This document shows, piece after piece, positions 25,495-39,273 of a stretch of 64,000 nt of DNA. The stretch lies in NCBI GenBank assembly GCA_000320545.1, contig ADNK01000431.1, positions 11,426 to 75,425 of the forward strand, read 5' to 3'. The stretch comes from Bigelowiella natans CCMP2755. Lineage: Eukaryota > Protista > Cercozoa. The notes below the pieces were generated by a model. The model saw only the letters and a program-made list of their open reading frames with translations. It had not been told where the DNA came from and did no database searches. Numbering within the stretch: the stretch's first letter is position 1; each line of letters opens with the position of its first letter. A program made the position numbers and the translations under genes.

Positions 25495-28111
25495 CTATTT
25501 TCTCTCTTCCTTTTCTTCATCAGGGCAGAGCTGTTCCTTGAACACCTTCAGCAATTCCTGATATGCACTCTCCTTACCGTCTAAAATCTGCTCTTTTGTT
25601 GGCGCCTTCTCATCCTTCTTCTTTGCTTCCTTCTTTTCAGTCTTGACCTGAAAATGGGTTATTTAGGAAATATTGCATTCAAAAGATGAGGTGCGAAAAG
25701 ATGAGTAAGGTAGTATTGATTATTATTTATTCAGACTCTCTCCCCCATCAACTTTGGTCTCTTCAACTCGAAAACAAATCTGGTACATTTATTCTTGCAA
25801 AACTACAGACTAGGCGTATGCTCTGACCTCGGGCCGTGAAGCCTCCCTCTTTTCCACGTATTTTAAGCGCTCAACTTCGTGATCGTACCTTTCGACGTTA
25901 AATTAGTAAGTTGGGCGAGGTTCTAGGCAGCACATCAGCCAACCATACATACGTAGTGAAAAGAACACACACGCACACACACACACACACACACATGAAC
26001 GGATGTGCTCTCATGGTTGCTTTTACAATCCCTCCCCCCTGGAAAATGTCTCTAAAAACTGATTTTCATCTATCCTAGTTGTTATTATATCGTAAAAAAG
26101 AGTTGATCATCCCGCATATTCACCAGTTTCGCATTTCTCGCTCCTCGTGGTTCGCAGGGCGCATAAGGATGCGAGGCACACTGAAAATGTGTAAGGTGCC
26201 GGTGAAGTCCCCGACAGCAAGGAGCTGCTGCTTGCTATGGCCATGCCAGAAGCTGATGCACCTTTCCATCGTCTGTTGGGAGCATTGCGAAGTTCCCAAA
26301 AGCAACCTGTCGAATTGCAAGAAGTACGTGTTGGACATACACCAATGCATGAGAATTCATAGTAATGTTTGGTGTGCTTCATTTACTATCCCATGCATGC
26401 ATGATTATTGCCGCGCGCGCACACACCTGTCCGGCCTGCGTCACGACGACCATGCGTGTCTGGTTGTCGTCTCCGGTTAAGAACGTAAATTTCTTGCCCG
26501 AGAGATTCATCTAGATGAAGAAGTAGCATTAACTTTTAAGCATACGCAGCATACACATGATGCTAGGTGTCTATTCCCCATATCGGTATTATGGTACTAA
26601 TGCCTAACAACGACAACGACTACTATCACTACTACTACTACTACTACGCAACATTGAGTAATCACAACCCCACCTTAGCTCCATCCTGGGCAATTGCAAG
26701 TTTATACCTAAACAAGTATAAGGGGGGGAGGAGGAAGGAGAGGTTGACTTTTGTACTTGAATGAAGAGAAGAAAACGGCGATATGAGGGATGCTATGCTC
26801 GTTGAACGTCACTATATTTTCGTCTCAGATGGTGATGCAAGTTATCATCTTCATGGAGCAGATTAACTGCGATCGAGAGGATTGATTCTATGGACACTTT
26901 GTTTATCATCATATTTTCAAATATATATGTTCGTGTGCTGCGTGTGTGCGTGAGCAATAGCCTATCATCTCCTCGTACGTGGGTCCCCATCGTAGATTCT
27001 TGTCGACAGTGCCGTCAGCATTATGTGTCTCTTTGAGCTTCACATCCCAGAAGTACATAAATCCGTCAGCGGATACTGTGGCAAAGAACTGTGGTGCTTT
27101 CGCCTTTGAACGACGAGCGAACAGGTTCAAAGCCAAACACGCACACACACACACGCACACACACACACACACATACACATACACACAGAGATCAGTAATG
27201 AGGGGCGGATGGTCTTTAGCAGGACGGTTCCTTCATAGCACTGTCACGTTAAAAACGTGAAGATTCATCCAATGATGCAACCCACCTTCCCACCCACCCT
27301 GTCCCCTTCAATATTTTGTTTCTGCCTCAGATGGTGATGCAAGTTATCATCTTCACGGGGCAGATTGACTGCGCTCGAGAGGATTGATTCTATGGACACT
27401 TTGTTTATCATCATCGGCAACCATGCACACACACACACGCGCGCGCACGCACGCAGCTGCTCACGCTCACCTCCGGGTTCATTTGGTATTTTCCCTTCCG
27501 CGTGATTGTGACACCCTTTGGCAGCCATTGCAGATCTGAGACTGAACGGCTATGGGAGACTTGAAGCACCGACGTCGCCTTGCACGAAAAGGACGGCGTT
27601 GAGGTCTTCGAATCCACGGAGCTCCCCCCCGTATCTTCTGCGGCCTTCATGTTCGCATAGACGTCCTCCCCATTAATATTCTTGTCAGAGAGGTCCCACA
27701 TGATTACCTAAAGAACGAGAGGAAGAGAATGAAGCAAAGGAGGGTTGTGAAAGCCGTCATCGCCCTCATGATCTAAGTGGATGGCCGAGCTTCGCAAGCA
27801 GTGTGTCGTCTTCTTCACGCGAGTAACATGAGAATCGAAATGGGGAGGCGACCTGGCCGGTTCTGAGCCCCGCGACGATGAGATATGGGTTGTCTTTATT
27901 GATCTTGAAGCAAACCACGTCGCCAGGAACGGCGAGGCGTAGTCGTGGTGCGAGCAAGTTGCTCAGGCTCCACATGATGATTGAAGTCCACATGACCTGC
28001 GCACCAATTACAACCACGTACCATCACACCCCATCACGAATATGTGTCCATCCCCTAATTAGGAGGGGAGCGGCGGGGGCGGGGGGAGGATAGATAGAGA
28101 AAAACAAGGAG

Positions 28112-28159
<48 letters not shown>

Positions 28160-29279
28160 CGAGAGGGAAGGGAAGGGAATGACCTTTCCAGATAACTCGA
28201 GACGCTTGTCTATATCGAGGTTACAGCCGCACGCAAAGGCGATCATTCCCTTCACGGTCGGATGCCAGCTAATGTCACAGATACGCCGAGCAGGCATACC
28301 TGGTACCCGAAGCTGATTCATGCTCTTCAAATTGCTCTCAGCATTCTAATTGTTTAACAGGGGGGGGGGGAGAAAGGGGCGAAGCAAAAGTTACAGAAAA
28401 ACCAATCGAGTAGTGCAAAGTCGAAAAAGTATACGTGCGTGTGTGTGTGCTGTGCGTGTGTGTTGCATCAAAGGATTTGACAGCAACCTTTCCAATTGAC
28501 GTCTCCACCTCCTTCAGGCACTGAACACGCAGGCAAACGAGGGCGATGAGAGTAGCAAGCAAAAATAGGAAATAAGCACAATCGATAGGGAATAGAAAAA
28601 GTTCCGCAGCAATTGTCAAGAAAGAAACAAAAAAGGCAAAAAGACACAAGAGGAACAGAACCGAGACGAAATATGCGCATACATAGCTTGTGCGTGTGTG
28701 CGGGATACGAAGTGAAAGAGTATAAAATTATATATTTACACATCTTTATTATTACGTCGAATTCATCATGGAAGAGGTCCACAACGTAGTTGCTCTCTAA
28801 GAAATGTTTCACGATAGGCAGTTTCGATTCCAGGAATTTGGCCACAGAACCTTCAATAATAATAATAATAATAGTAATAATAATAATAGTGGTAATAATG
28901 AGTTCATCATCAACGGCGCCTCCCATTACGTTTTCCCTTTCCCCCCCCTCCACTATTTCTGTTTGTATCCGCATTTATTGATGTGTTCATGTAAATCTTC
29001 CTCTCCTTCTCGCGCTTCCCCCGTCTTGATTACCGGATTCTTTTATCTCCTTCAGCTCGCTAGGGGTGAACGTTTGTGCCTCGACTTGCTCCGCCTGGTT
29101 TATCTTACGAGCCCATGTTGTCTGCGTTTCCGCCTCCATTGTTGGAGCTCCACACTGAAACCCGAAGTCGAGGTCTTGCCTCACGAATGCGCCGAAGTTC
29201 TCGTTCTCCATGCGCGGGAAGTGGGGCACCGTTTCTTCCTCCGCGTCTTCAAAGAGGGCCTTATGTAGTACAGGGGGCA

Positions 29280-29336
<57 letters not shown>

Positions 29337-29429
29337 GATGGGACAGGGACAAACGGGTATTTCAAAGGAGCTTTCGATGGAAGGTGCAGTAGTTGTTTCA
29401 TTAGACCTAAAGAGAGGGAGAGAGGGAGG

Positions 29430-29461
<32 letters not shown>

Positions 29462-30772
29462 AAGAGAGAGATTGCCACCTCCCAGCCGAAATCCCTCCTT
29501 GGCTTGGACATGAAGAACTTCTTCAAACGGCGACTATTTGTAGCCTTAAGCTCTTCGACTGTAGGCATGGTAAACGCCCAGGTCGCGCGCCTTTTTGACA
29601 TCATTATATCATTATTATTATTACTATTCTTATTCTTATTATCATTATTACTTTATAATTATTATTGTTGCTGCATATATAACATGGACTAAGGGTTCTC
29701 ATCCCCACCCCCTCCCCAAAAGCGCGAAATTCTTTCCCAGGCTTTGCCTTCTTACCGTTTTGGTAAAGTGTCGGGTGGCGCGTTCTTATCAAGCAACTTC
29801 ACCTGCATATCACGAATTAGAGATCATCAGCAGAAATTGTAACTCTCCGCGAAGTGACAAGTCGGAAGAGAAACGAGGTGACAGAATACAGAGGAGGCAG
29901 ACAAAGCTGGCAGGATGGGGGAGGGTAAGGCACAATGGACAAGCTACCTCTTCCATAGTGATCGGAGTCCATTCACGGCGAGCAACGAGTGGATTTTCCT
30001 CATACTCAGGCGGTCTCTCACTAGGATCATCAGCCTCATCTTCAAATGCTTCAGCTACTTTCTCAAATATCTCCTTTATCCTCTCGTCAAATTCATGGTA
30101 AATCGCCTTCTCACACTCATCAGCGGTGATGCTGGCCTGCACCTAGAAGAGGGGCACGGGTTAGGGAGGTCAGCAGAGGCAGTGAGATGTAAGTATGCGA
30201 GTGTGTTGTTCCACAGCGTGTATAGCATATCCGTCTAATTCACCTCAATCTTCCCGTCCCCCACCTCCCAAAAAGCACAGTTGTTGCTGATGATCTATTC
30301 ACCTTAAAAGCCTTCTCAATAGATTCGGAGAGTTCCGGCTCGGCGAGGCTGCTAAACAGCTTGCCAAATGCTGCTGCAATCACAAGCGTGGACTCCATAG
30401 GGTAGAGATCGTCATCCATTTTCACGCCATGCGCCATGTAGTCGATTCCCTCATTGTCGGTCACGCGGAATGGCCGTGTTCCAAAGATGGCGGCGTTGGC
30501 TATCATACAAAACATCAATCTCTTAGTATTCACAGAACACAGTTTCTCACTCTAAGGCATTTCCTCTAGTAGCTCCTACCTTTGTTCTTGTTGACTATTT
30601 CTTCCACTATTGCTTTGTGCTCATCCTGCTTGCCGTCGGTGCTGACATGACAAAGAGTGTCCAGCTTCTTCTCGGTGTCGATCCGCAGGATCGCGATGTA
30701 CCTGAATCAATGGGGTGTTGTACGAGATTTCGATTCTGCTCCCGCTAATACTATTTTGCTGCTGTGGTAACA

Positions 30773-30832
<60 letters not shown>

Positions 30833-31877
30833 GTGTGAAAGAGAGAGGAAGTTTTACTTGACAAGCATATCCTTGAAGCTGTCCTCCTTCTTACCCCCCT
30901 CTTTGCTGTCTCCTCCGGCACCAACTCCTTCTTTCTCGAATCGCTGAGGAATACGAACGGTAGGCAAATGTTAATGTGGGAAAACGGGGATATACTAGAA
31001 CATATATCGACACACGGAATGATGCGACGTCTCCACAAGGTGCAAGTATGAGTATGGATACGATATTCCCTTCTCCCTTGCCCTCCCATTGTCTCTGGTT
31101 TCCTCCTCCACGTTTCGCTGCTAACCTCGAGATGTTCCTTCGTCGTCGCCTCGGTTGCACACCAGTAGAAGTTGCACATCTCCTTATAGCTACACTCAAG
31201 GTCCGCGACAATCAGAATTTTGTCGCCAGGGAATGCCTCGATCTTCTTCCGCAGGGCGTGGAAGGCCGACATGAAACCGTTTTTGTTACAGTCCTCAACT
31301 ACGAAAGACTTCTCGTACACCTGAGAAAAGGGAGGGAGAGGAAGTGGAAGCGGAGGAGGGAGGTGAGGAATAAAGAAGACGAAAATCCTGGAATTTCGAT
31401 AAGCTCTCTCTCTCTCTTTCTCTCTCTCTCTCACACACACACAAGCATACGCATACGCATACGCACACACACACACACACATCGCGCTCAAATAAAGAGC
31501 ACCCCTTTGCTTGCATCTTTCCATCAGTATACCCTTATCGCAACAACGTTCTGATACCTTGAATTCATAGACATCAGTGATATCATCCCCGCTCTTCAGG
31601 CCAAGCTTACCCATATTTCCCTGTGGTAGACACGATAATGATAGTGATGATTATGATGATGATGATGATGATGATGACAGTGGTGGTAGTGCTGAAAGCT
31701 ATTTAATAGCTGGACTCACCCCAAGAGTTATTCCTTCGCGCACATGTGAATAATCACACATACTCGCTCACCCACCGCACCACAAACCAATGGAATAACA
31801 CGCATCTCATCAATTATATTTACCAGGGAGATAGAGAAGGGCTCGATCCCTGCCGGCGTTGGTTGGAACTCCGACAT
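25495..31877 (-). CDS. DNAI3: Axonemal inner-arm I1/f dynein intermediate chain (WDR63/DNAI3/IC140-like); apparent internal deletion and frameshift near 26262
   Basis: MSEFQPTPAGIEPFSISL|...DDITDVYEFK|VYEKSFVVEDC...KKIEAFPGDKILIVADLECSY..NFYWCATE; KPRRDFG; ETQTTWARKINQAEQ; DISWHPT; LIVAGLRTGQ|VIMWDL; SHSRSVSDLQWLP; TVSADGFMYFWD; QQLLAVGDFTGTLHIFSVP. Collinear with DNAI3. Confidence 0.85.
26824..26912. repeat. 89-bp intronic dispersed repeat, copy 1
   Basis: Matches 27326-27414 with 4 substitutions. Confidence 0.9.
27326..27414. repeat. 89-bp intronic dispersed repeat, copy 2
   Basis: ctcagatggtgatgcaagttatcatcttca...ggacactttgtttatcatcat, shared with 26824-26912. Confidence 0.9.
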
Positions 31878-32747
31878 TTTTCACCAGACCTCTTTGTTCG
31901 TGCCTTCTATGCTGTGATTTCGTCTTCTATGCTTCTCTCAGTCGCTCAGGTGAAACGACAGGTGCAACGATTAGAGAAACGCTGCTTGTTGTGTTAGGAG
32001 CAAATGGCGAATGAATGCCGCTACTTCAATTCTTCGCTCTTCCTCTTCGTCTTGTTACCGTGACTTCGTCGAAGGGGTCGCGTCCCTCCGCTGTTCTTAC
32101 GGAAGGGAAGGAAAGGGAGAGGACGAAGGAAACCTGAGATTGTAGTTAGTTGGTATGATGTTGAGCTCCGCCCCTTGCCAAATGCGAACAAGAGCTAAAT
32201 TCTACAGTTTCATAATTTTTTTGAGCAAGGTTACGCAAAAGCACACTTTCCCTTACAAGATAAAACACTACTTAGTATTCTGCGTCTGATGTAACTGAGA
32301 GCAATGCCCCAACCAATATTACAATAACGGCAGAACAGGCTGCCACCCCTTATTCCGTACTAATTCATGTTGTCACGCTCTGAAAAACGATCTCCCCTGT
32401 ACCACATCTGAACGTTCAACTTGTAGTTTCACCTCTAATTTACGAAATGAACCACTCATACGTCCCCTCCCTCCCCCGCCCTTGCACCTCGCCGAAACTT
32501 GCCAAGCAGCTTGAAACAGACAATGATTGTACTTGGAGAGAAAAACGATCCAAATTCATTGTCGCACGTCCATAATCCCATATGTTTCCGTTGGAATCGA
32601 CATGAAAGCTGCAATTCTGCAACTGAATTCTGGGTTTATCGTGTTCTTGCGAATTGAGGGAATATATGTGGGGATTTTAGAGATGCGACAAACATAAGAA
32701 TCGACATCCGGAACAAAACAGTGAATCCTCACACGAACCGAACTGAA

Positions 32748-33516
32748 ATGGCGTTAGATCTTCCGCGCTTGAACGCGCTTGCCACTCGACTGGAGGCTGC
32801 GGTTTCCCGCATAGAACTTAATTACAAAGGTGGTTTAAGCTATGTAAGAACTATGTGGGGGTGTGGATGAGGTTATTAGGCATGCTCGGCAAGTCAAATT
32901 CGTCGATGAATTTCACTCCTTTTGCCTGACGTGCATAACAAATATCTCTCGGGATCGTTCCTTAGGGAGTGGGGATGATTTGAAGCTGGTCAAGGCGATG
33001 GCGGATGCGCTTCCAAGACTTTTGGCAGTTGAAGAGAGATTTAAGGTAGCGGCGTCATCGTCGACACCGATTCTGAGCCTTGGAAAGAAGCCTGTGCCCG
33101 TCGAAAAGAAGCATGCTGCACCGGCAGCACCATTCATGCCTGAACCGACTCCAGAAGAGAAAGCTGAGGCCAAAGAAAAGGCTGCTACTGCGAAAAAGAA
33201 AGCTACCCATTTGTTTAAGAAGATGGTTGGCGAAAAGGTGACCATGCTCGACACAAAGCATCATCTCCTCCTTTTCAGCAATTGTCCTATTATTTCTTTC
33301 TTATTGAGCTCTCCGACGATGACTACGAATCAAATCAGGTGTACGGAAAGAGAAATTATGCAAAGATGCAATTGAAAAAGGCAAAGGAGCTTTCGAAGGC
33401 CACGGCTGAAACGGTACCACCTCTTCTTGTTCTCCAACCATACTCCCCAGCACTAGACAGAGACCGAGTGATGCTTTACGTTGTTTATATGGCGTGTAGT
33501 GTGTTCTATGTATTGA

Positions 33517-33594
<78 letters not shown>

Positions 33595-34939
33595 GGGGAG
33601 AAAGTTTGAATGAAATTTTGCATTTGTGCTAGACAGAGTTCACCGAATTGTATTGGACAGGTTGCGAAGGACGTGGACAAGCAAGCTACAGCTGCCACAG
33701 CTGCTACTCCTGTTGTCGCTAATAAAACGCCATCATCTTCCGAAATCAAGAAATCTAATACGTCCACGACGTCGCCCACGGAAGCTTATGGAAATCTTTT
33801 ATCCAAAGATTCTCCTGCGGGGTATATATTCGATTTATACATACCGCTGCCCATATTTGTCGTGGAACTTCGTATTAATGATTAACACCGATGACATATG
33901 AAGATCTTTCTAATGCGCGCTTGTGTATGTGTGTGTTTGCGTGTGATGGTTGTGACTCAAATGACGACGGCATCCTGCGTGGAAGGTCCTGGATGGTAAT
34001 GGAGCCGACAAAGGAAAAATCGAAGCCGCTCAAAGTTGTTAAGATAGGCGAAGGTGGGCTTTCGTAAAAGGAAGTCACGAAAGGAAAGAGGGAGGGGCAA
34101 AGGAAAAAGGGGGAAATAGTATGTAAGAGAGTAGCTGATCCACCTCAACAGCCTAATTCCGTGGGCAAGCAATGGGAGAACAGCAACAACCTTCTCCTAC
34201 TGACGCTTCCTACTCACTAGGTATAGAATCTATGAAGCAAACCTTGTCTCCAGAAAAAGTCCTATTCGCATGTATTGCCGTTCACGGTGTGGACGTGCGC
34301 AATGACAAGCTCAGGAGCACTCGCACGAAAGTCGTCCAGGTAGACAATTCCCGAGATCCCGAGATCAGCCGGAAATTTTGCAATATTCTAGCAGCTGTCG
34401 CGCATAAATTTGCGCGTTCCGTATCGCTTTCTTACATATCACCACTTGCTTCGTGCATCCACAATCATCCACTTCTCAAATTCCTTAAGCAGGATCTTTC
34501 TCTTTTTGAGTCACTTCCGGCATATTTGTGTTTTGGCACGTGTTGCTCTGGTCGGGCGGTCGTTCAGGTGAACTTTGTCGGGGCCAATGTGCCAGCAATG
34601 AGACGTATGATGGCTCTTTCTGGAAAAAAATCCGTCTCCAAAGTATGTAAAGGCGTCGCTCTCGTTATTCAAGCTACAAAACCCGATGAAATTACAACCA
34701 AAGAGCTAGGTAGCCTATTCACACACACACACATACATTCATACATACGTACGTACATACACCTGAGCGTTGAGATTGAAGGGGATCTCAGGATATGTAC
34801 GAATCTGCAAAGGTTTGAATATGACAAAACTGTTTGTATCTGTGTCAAATCTCTTTCAGCAAATTCGTTGCTCGCAGCCGGAGGCGCGCACAAGCCGTCT
34901 TTCTACGATTTTGGCAACGGTAATAAACTCGAGATATGA
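32748..34939 (+). CDS. Actin-binding protein: N-terminal CAP-like RLE motif plus C-terminal coactosin/ADF-H domain
   Basis: MALDLPRLNALATRLEAAVSRIE... and C-terminal GIESMKQTLSPEKVLFACIAVHGVD...RTKVVQ|VNFVGANVPAMRRMMALSGK...|NSLLAAGGAHKPSFYDFG (coactosin-like). Confidence 0.75.
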
Positions 34940-35487
34940 AAAATACTGAAGTAGTCCAAGGATTCAGCCTTTGCCAAATAGTCATCAATGACAGTATGAG
35001 TGTTATCACATTGATCGCTATTTAGTCTATAGAAGTGCTGTTGTAATTGTAGCGGCGTTGCAATTGAGCTATTGTGTATGCATGCATGCCATGTGAGGCA
35101 GTTTTTTAGTGAATATAACCCCGGCGCCAGGAGGTGCGTGCCGAGCACAGCTCTAGAGCTTTACGCAAGCATGTGTGAGTCTCGCTGCGATGACAGACAG
35201 TGGATGTTCATGCGCTTGCTGCTAGCGCAACAATTTGATTCGTCAGTTGGTCAATGCCGCTATATCGACTGTCGGCTATGCAATGGTAGACATTGCAATG
35301 CATTTTTTTTTTCGCAGGATACGATAACAAAACACACGTAATGCTAGAATGGTAGACTGCAAGACTTACTGCCACAGAGGTACATGGTTATACAACTGCA
35401 CTAATAACTAATCCATCGCCACAAGTAGTAGTCTCAACACAACATTTGCTGGCTCTAATACGTCATGGTGCATGCGGTAGCAGTGCA

Positions 35488-37105
35488 CTAGAACTTACCC
35501 TCACGAAAGTCTTCGGGTGGGATGCGAACGAGCACTCCCACGCTTGTCTGCACGAACTCTAATAGCGATAATCCATGCATGTCTCGAATATGGTATTCAA
35601 TATCCATTTTGCTCTTCTTCAGCCTCTTCTTTTCTAGTTCCTGAAAATGATTATAACCCATTTATCATCCACTCAGCAACTTGTAACTTTGACGACGATG
35701 TATCAACTGTACACCCTCCCCCGCGCCCGGCTGCCATTCATTCATGTGCAGGGGACAGGACGCATGCATTCCATGCAGCATTATCACTTGGGGGAAAATG
35801 GTGGCACGTACGTACGTACCTTTAGCAGGATTTCCTTATACATGCGCTTCTGAATAATTCTCTTGATCTCCTTTCGCGCGTCATGTAGAGCCACTATGAG
35901 ACCTGATGCCCTCGGTATCGAGAAGAGGTATTCACCCGCTCGCCTCCGGATAAGCACACCGAGCCTCATTAGCAACGACGTCACGCTCTCTGCATCCTCC
36001 TTAGTGATCGAGGCATCTTCGGTAGCTTGGAGGATTTCGAACAGCTTTGACTTTGCGATGTACGACGACGTCAGCTTCGGAAGACATTGCAAGAAAACCA
36101 TTCCGATCTTTCCTGCACGAGCATTCTTCTCTGCATATATGCTTGCTTTGGAAGGAGAAGCAAAACGAAGAATAAAGCGCAGGCATAGACATGTCACACA
36201 CACAATCGAACGAACATAAGTAAAATACAAGCACACGTTAGGTTGATGCATGTCTAAGTCGTTAGGTGAGTTTCAGAAGTGAAAGAGAGTTGGCAGCGAC
36301 AATGAACGAGCTGAACCGAATAGCCTCTAAATCCCTTCCCCCCATTACTTGTTACTGCATCGACGAAGTCTTCCGTAAGCATAATCGCTTGACAATCTCT
36401 ACCTGAAGCAAGCCCAACAAATCATGCATTTATGAACTGAATGCATGCTTCGCGTTATACGCTGTTTGTGCATTCGTTCGAGGACCTCCTGTGGGAAGCG
36501 CAAAGTAACGGATTTTGTTCGCCTTCCTCAAGCGGTTGATCTCACGATCGACTGCGGTGCGATCCTTCACAACGCTGTATAGCTGGTGCCGAAGCACAAC
36601 CTGGAGAAGGAACATAGTGCCATATTCATTTGTATCAGCACCCCGATACTATTTCCATTTGATTTGGCACATTTAACAAGGTTGAATCGTCTCTGACCTT
36701 AGTCGGATTGATTGATTCTCCAGCAAGCGATATAATCGCGGCGAAGGTGTCTGATGGGATCGCATCTGCATCAAATTCGTCCACCTCGAGCTCGTAGGAA
36801 GAACCTTTGCGCAGTAACCGTACAACACCAAAACTAAGATTAACACGATATCCCCCGGTGCAATCAGACGAAAAAATGAGCATTCACTCGCGATAATTCT
36901 CGTGCTTTGGTCGCCCGAAAAGGGCGGATATTCGAGCAATACCAGCCGAGATGTGGCCGCCGCTGATTCCCCCCTCCAATCCCGGGGCAGAAGAGACGGA
37001 TGATTGAGGTAGGTCGTTATCACTTTGCTTGCCCTCATCCTGTCTCCTCCGCTTGAACCGCTCCTTCCCCTTCGCCTCTTCTTCTTTCCCGGCCTGGCGC
37101 TTCAT
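35488..37105 (-). CDS. STK19: STK19-like tandem winged-helix DNA-binding protein
   Basis: PSDTFAAI, VVLRHQLYSVVKDRTAVDREINRLRKANKIR, LLMRLGVLIRR..EYLFSIP, RKEIKRIIQKRMYKEILLK|ELEKKRLKKSKMDIEYHIRDMHG...TSVGVLVR. Confidence 0.85.
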
Positions 37106-37167
37106 CGTGGGGAGGAGGAGGAGGAGGAGGCTGCTCAATGCCGGTAGTGCCGGCAGTAGTTTTAGGA

Positions 37168-38701
37168 TGATAACTGCTCACTTTTTGAGATCATTGAATG
37201 ATGATGACCACAGCGACAATGAGACAACGGCAAATGCATGGAAGCAGTGGGACGGTGTGCGTGCTGGAACTGACCAAGATTTCTTGACAGATGCACAACA
37301 AATGCCACAACAATGCTGATTCGACCTCAGGTGCTCCCACTGGTAGTAATTACCCGAACAATGCGGATTGCATGTCTGCATTCCGGAGCAACTCGCCCCC
37401 CCCGAGCTGCTGATGGATACACATACTGGACCGTATCGTGTCTTTACACAGTCGCATCTTGTAATGATATTTGTTTTACCAAATGCCTCCCGTCGCTTTC
37501 GATGTCATTGTCCTTCCTGCATTTTCTTTTCGTGTGCTCCTTCTAGCCGCTCGTCGCTTAGAGAGTTTTTGACTCAATGTGCTATCGCTATAACCCTTCC
37601 CCTCCCCAACCGCAGTTGGGTCTTTGGTGCTGGCGATCTGCCACATCGCAGGTGGAGAGGCGTGGTTAAGAGCCACTTGGGGTGGGCATGCTGACTTCGA
37701 ACGATGGCAGCGCGAGACCAAAACTGTGATGAAACAAAACGCTGTAAGTTGTGTATCTCGCCTTTCGTTACATATTCAAACAGTTCGTTTTCTAGATGAT
37801 TCTCGATCTCCCTCTAATTTTCCACATCGTGTGCCCCAATGTTCGTTTCTGTTGATCAAAACACACACCACGATTCAAGCCACAATAACGCACACATATT
37901 CATTTCTCATGCAATATCGTTCACAGAAGCAGGCCGAAGAAATGAGCAGGTGGAATATTCTCGACCAGCTCCGCGAGCACAGGAAACACGAGGTAGACGT
38001 CTTCAAAGCGATGCGCAATCATGCACATTTTGGGGGTCCGAAGCCGCCTCCCCTTCTTCCAGCTATGCATCGAAATGCACACGGAGACGACAATTCGCTA
38101 CCTATCGCCCCAACAATAGCAGCAAGCACGGTGAATTCAAGTGTAGAGGTAGGAGAGAAGGAAAAACATAGTACTCCAACAATCCCTGCATCGTCATCAT
38201 CATCAGCAGCAGGAGTTGGAGGTCACGCAGCCGGAGAACAGTCCGTTGTGGAACGACGGAAGAGGAGGAGGAAAAAGAGGAGGAGGAGGAAGAAGAAGAA
38301 AAAAAGAAAGAGAGCTGAAAGGTTGCGTGCCTACCTATGTGCATGTATGCGTGTGTTCATAACTGCACTTTGGCTAGCAATATTTGGAATGTGGTATGCT
38401 CGACCAAATATTTCAGCGTGTGCGGTTATTGACTATATTCTTTATCCCTCCAATAAATTGCACTCGCAGGCACACATCGTCATCGTCATCGTCGTCGTCG
38501 TCATCATCATCATCATCCTCATCATCGTCATCCTCATCATCCTCAATCACTTCCGAGGATGAGCCGGACGAGGAGAAACGCTCAGCAGCCAAACACCACC
38601 ATCGTCATCACCGCCATGTTAAAGCAAGGACTTCCAATCATGGGAGGAACAAAAGAAGGAAGAAGAGGAAGAGTAGGGGAGGGGAGAGAACCAAAAGATA
38701 A
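37168..38701 (+). CDS. Hypothetical protein with a basic, low-complexity C-terminus (model uncertain)
   Basis: Exon-like blocks with GT-AG ends: GGEAWLRATWGGHADFERWQRETKTVMKQNA|, KQAEEMSRWNILDQLREHRKHEVDVFKAMR..., DEPDEEKRS...RTKR*. The phases of the 5' exons do not resolve cleanly (C8 run near 37396-37403). Confidence 0.45.
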
Positions 38702-39273
38702 CGAAAAGAAAGGCCGTAGGCTCGACTTTCATGAATTAGTGTATTCACGTGCGTACAATCTCATGATCATTCATTAATGGCGAAAACTCAACGAGTTAAT
38801 ATCAACGGCATTCTACACATAGTTGCCTTTGTATGTTGTCCATGCACATGTGCGGGTGCAACCAATAGGCTGCAGAGCCTCTCCCATGACATGCATACAC
38901 TGTCTTCTGCAGCAGCAGAAAGCAGGTCCTCATGTGATACATTTCGGTATGATCACAACATGTATAGTCGTTACAACCTTACACACACTACCACCACTCA
39001 ATAGGGAACATGTACGATAGACAGCTGCCATGCACGTGTAATCATTTCTGCACACACACGCATGAAATACTGCTGGCATGAGTAACACCACATTACGATG
39101 TTGCGATGGGTGGGATGACATTGTTTTCGATCACAACATGATGGACTGCAATTTGCGGCTGTGCAATACTTGATATTTTTACATCTTGTGACTACGGCTT
39201 ATGTACGATTTTATCACCTGGATGTATCACACTGTGTGCTGCTACGCTAGTACGGCTGACAAATGCAACGAAC

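Noticed and set aside
32440-32622. Short minus-strand ORF in a divergent promoter region
   Set aside because: 60 codons, TTG start, no motif support.
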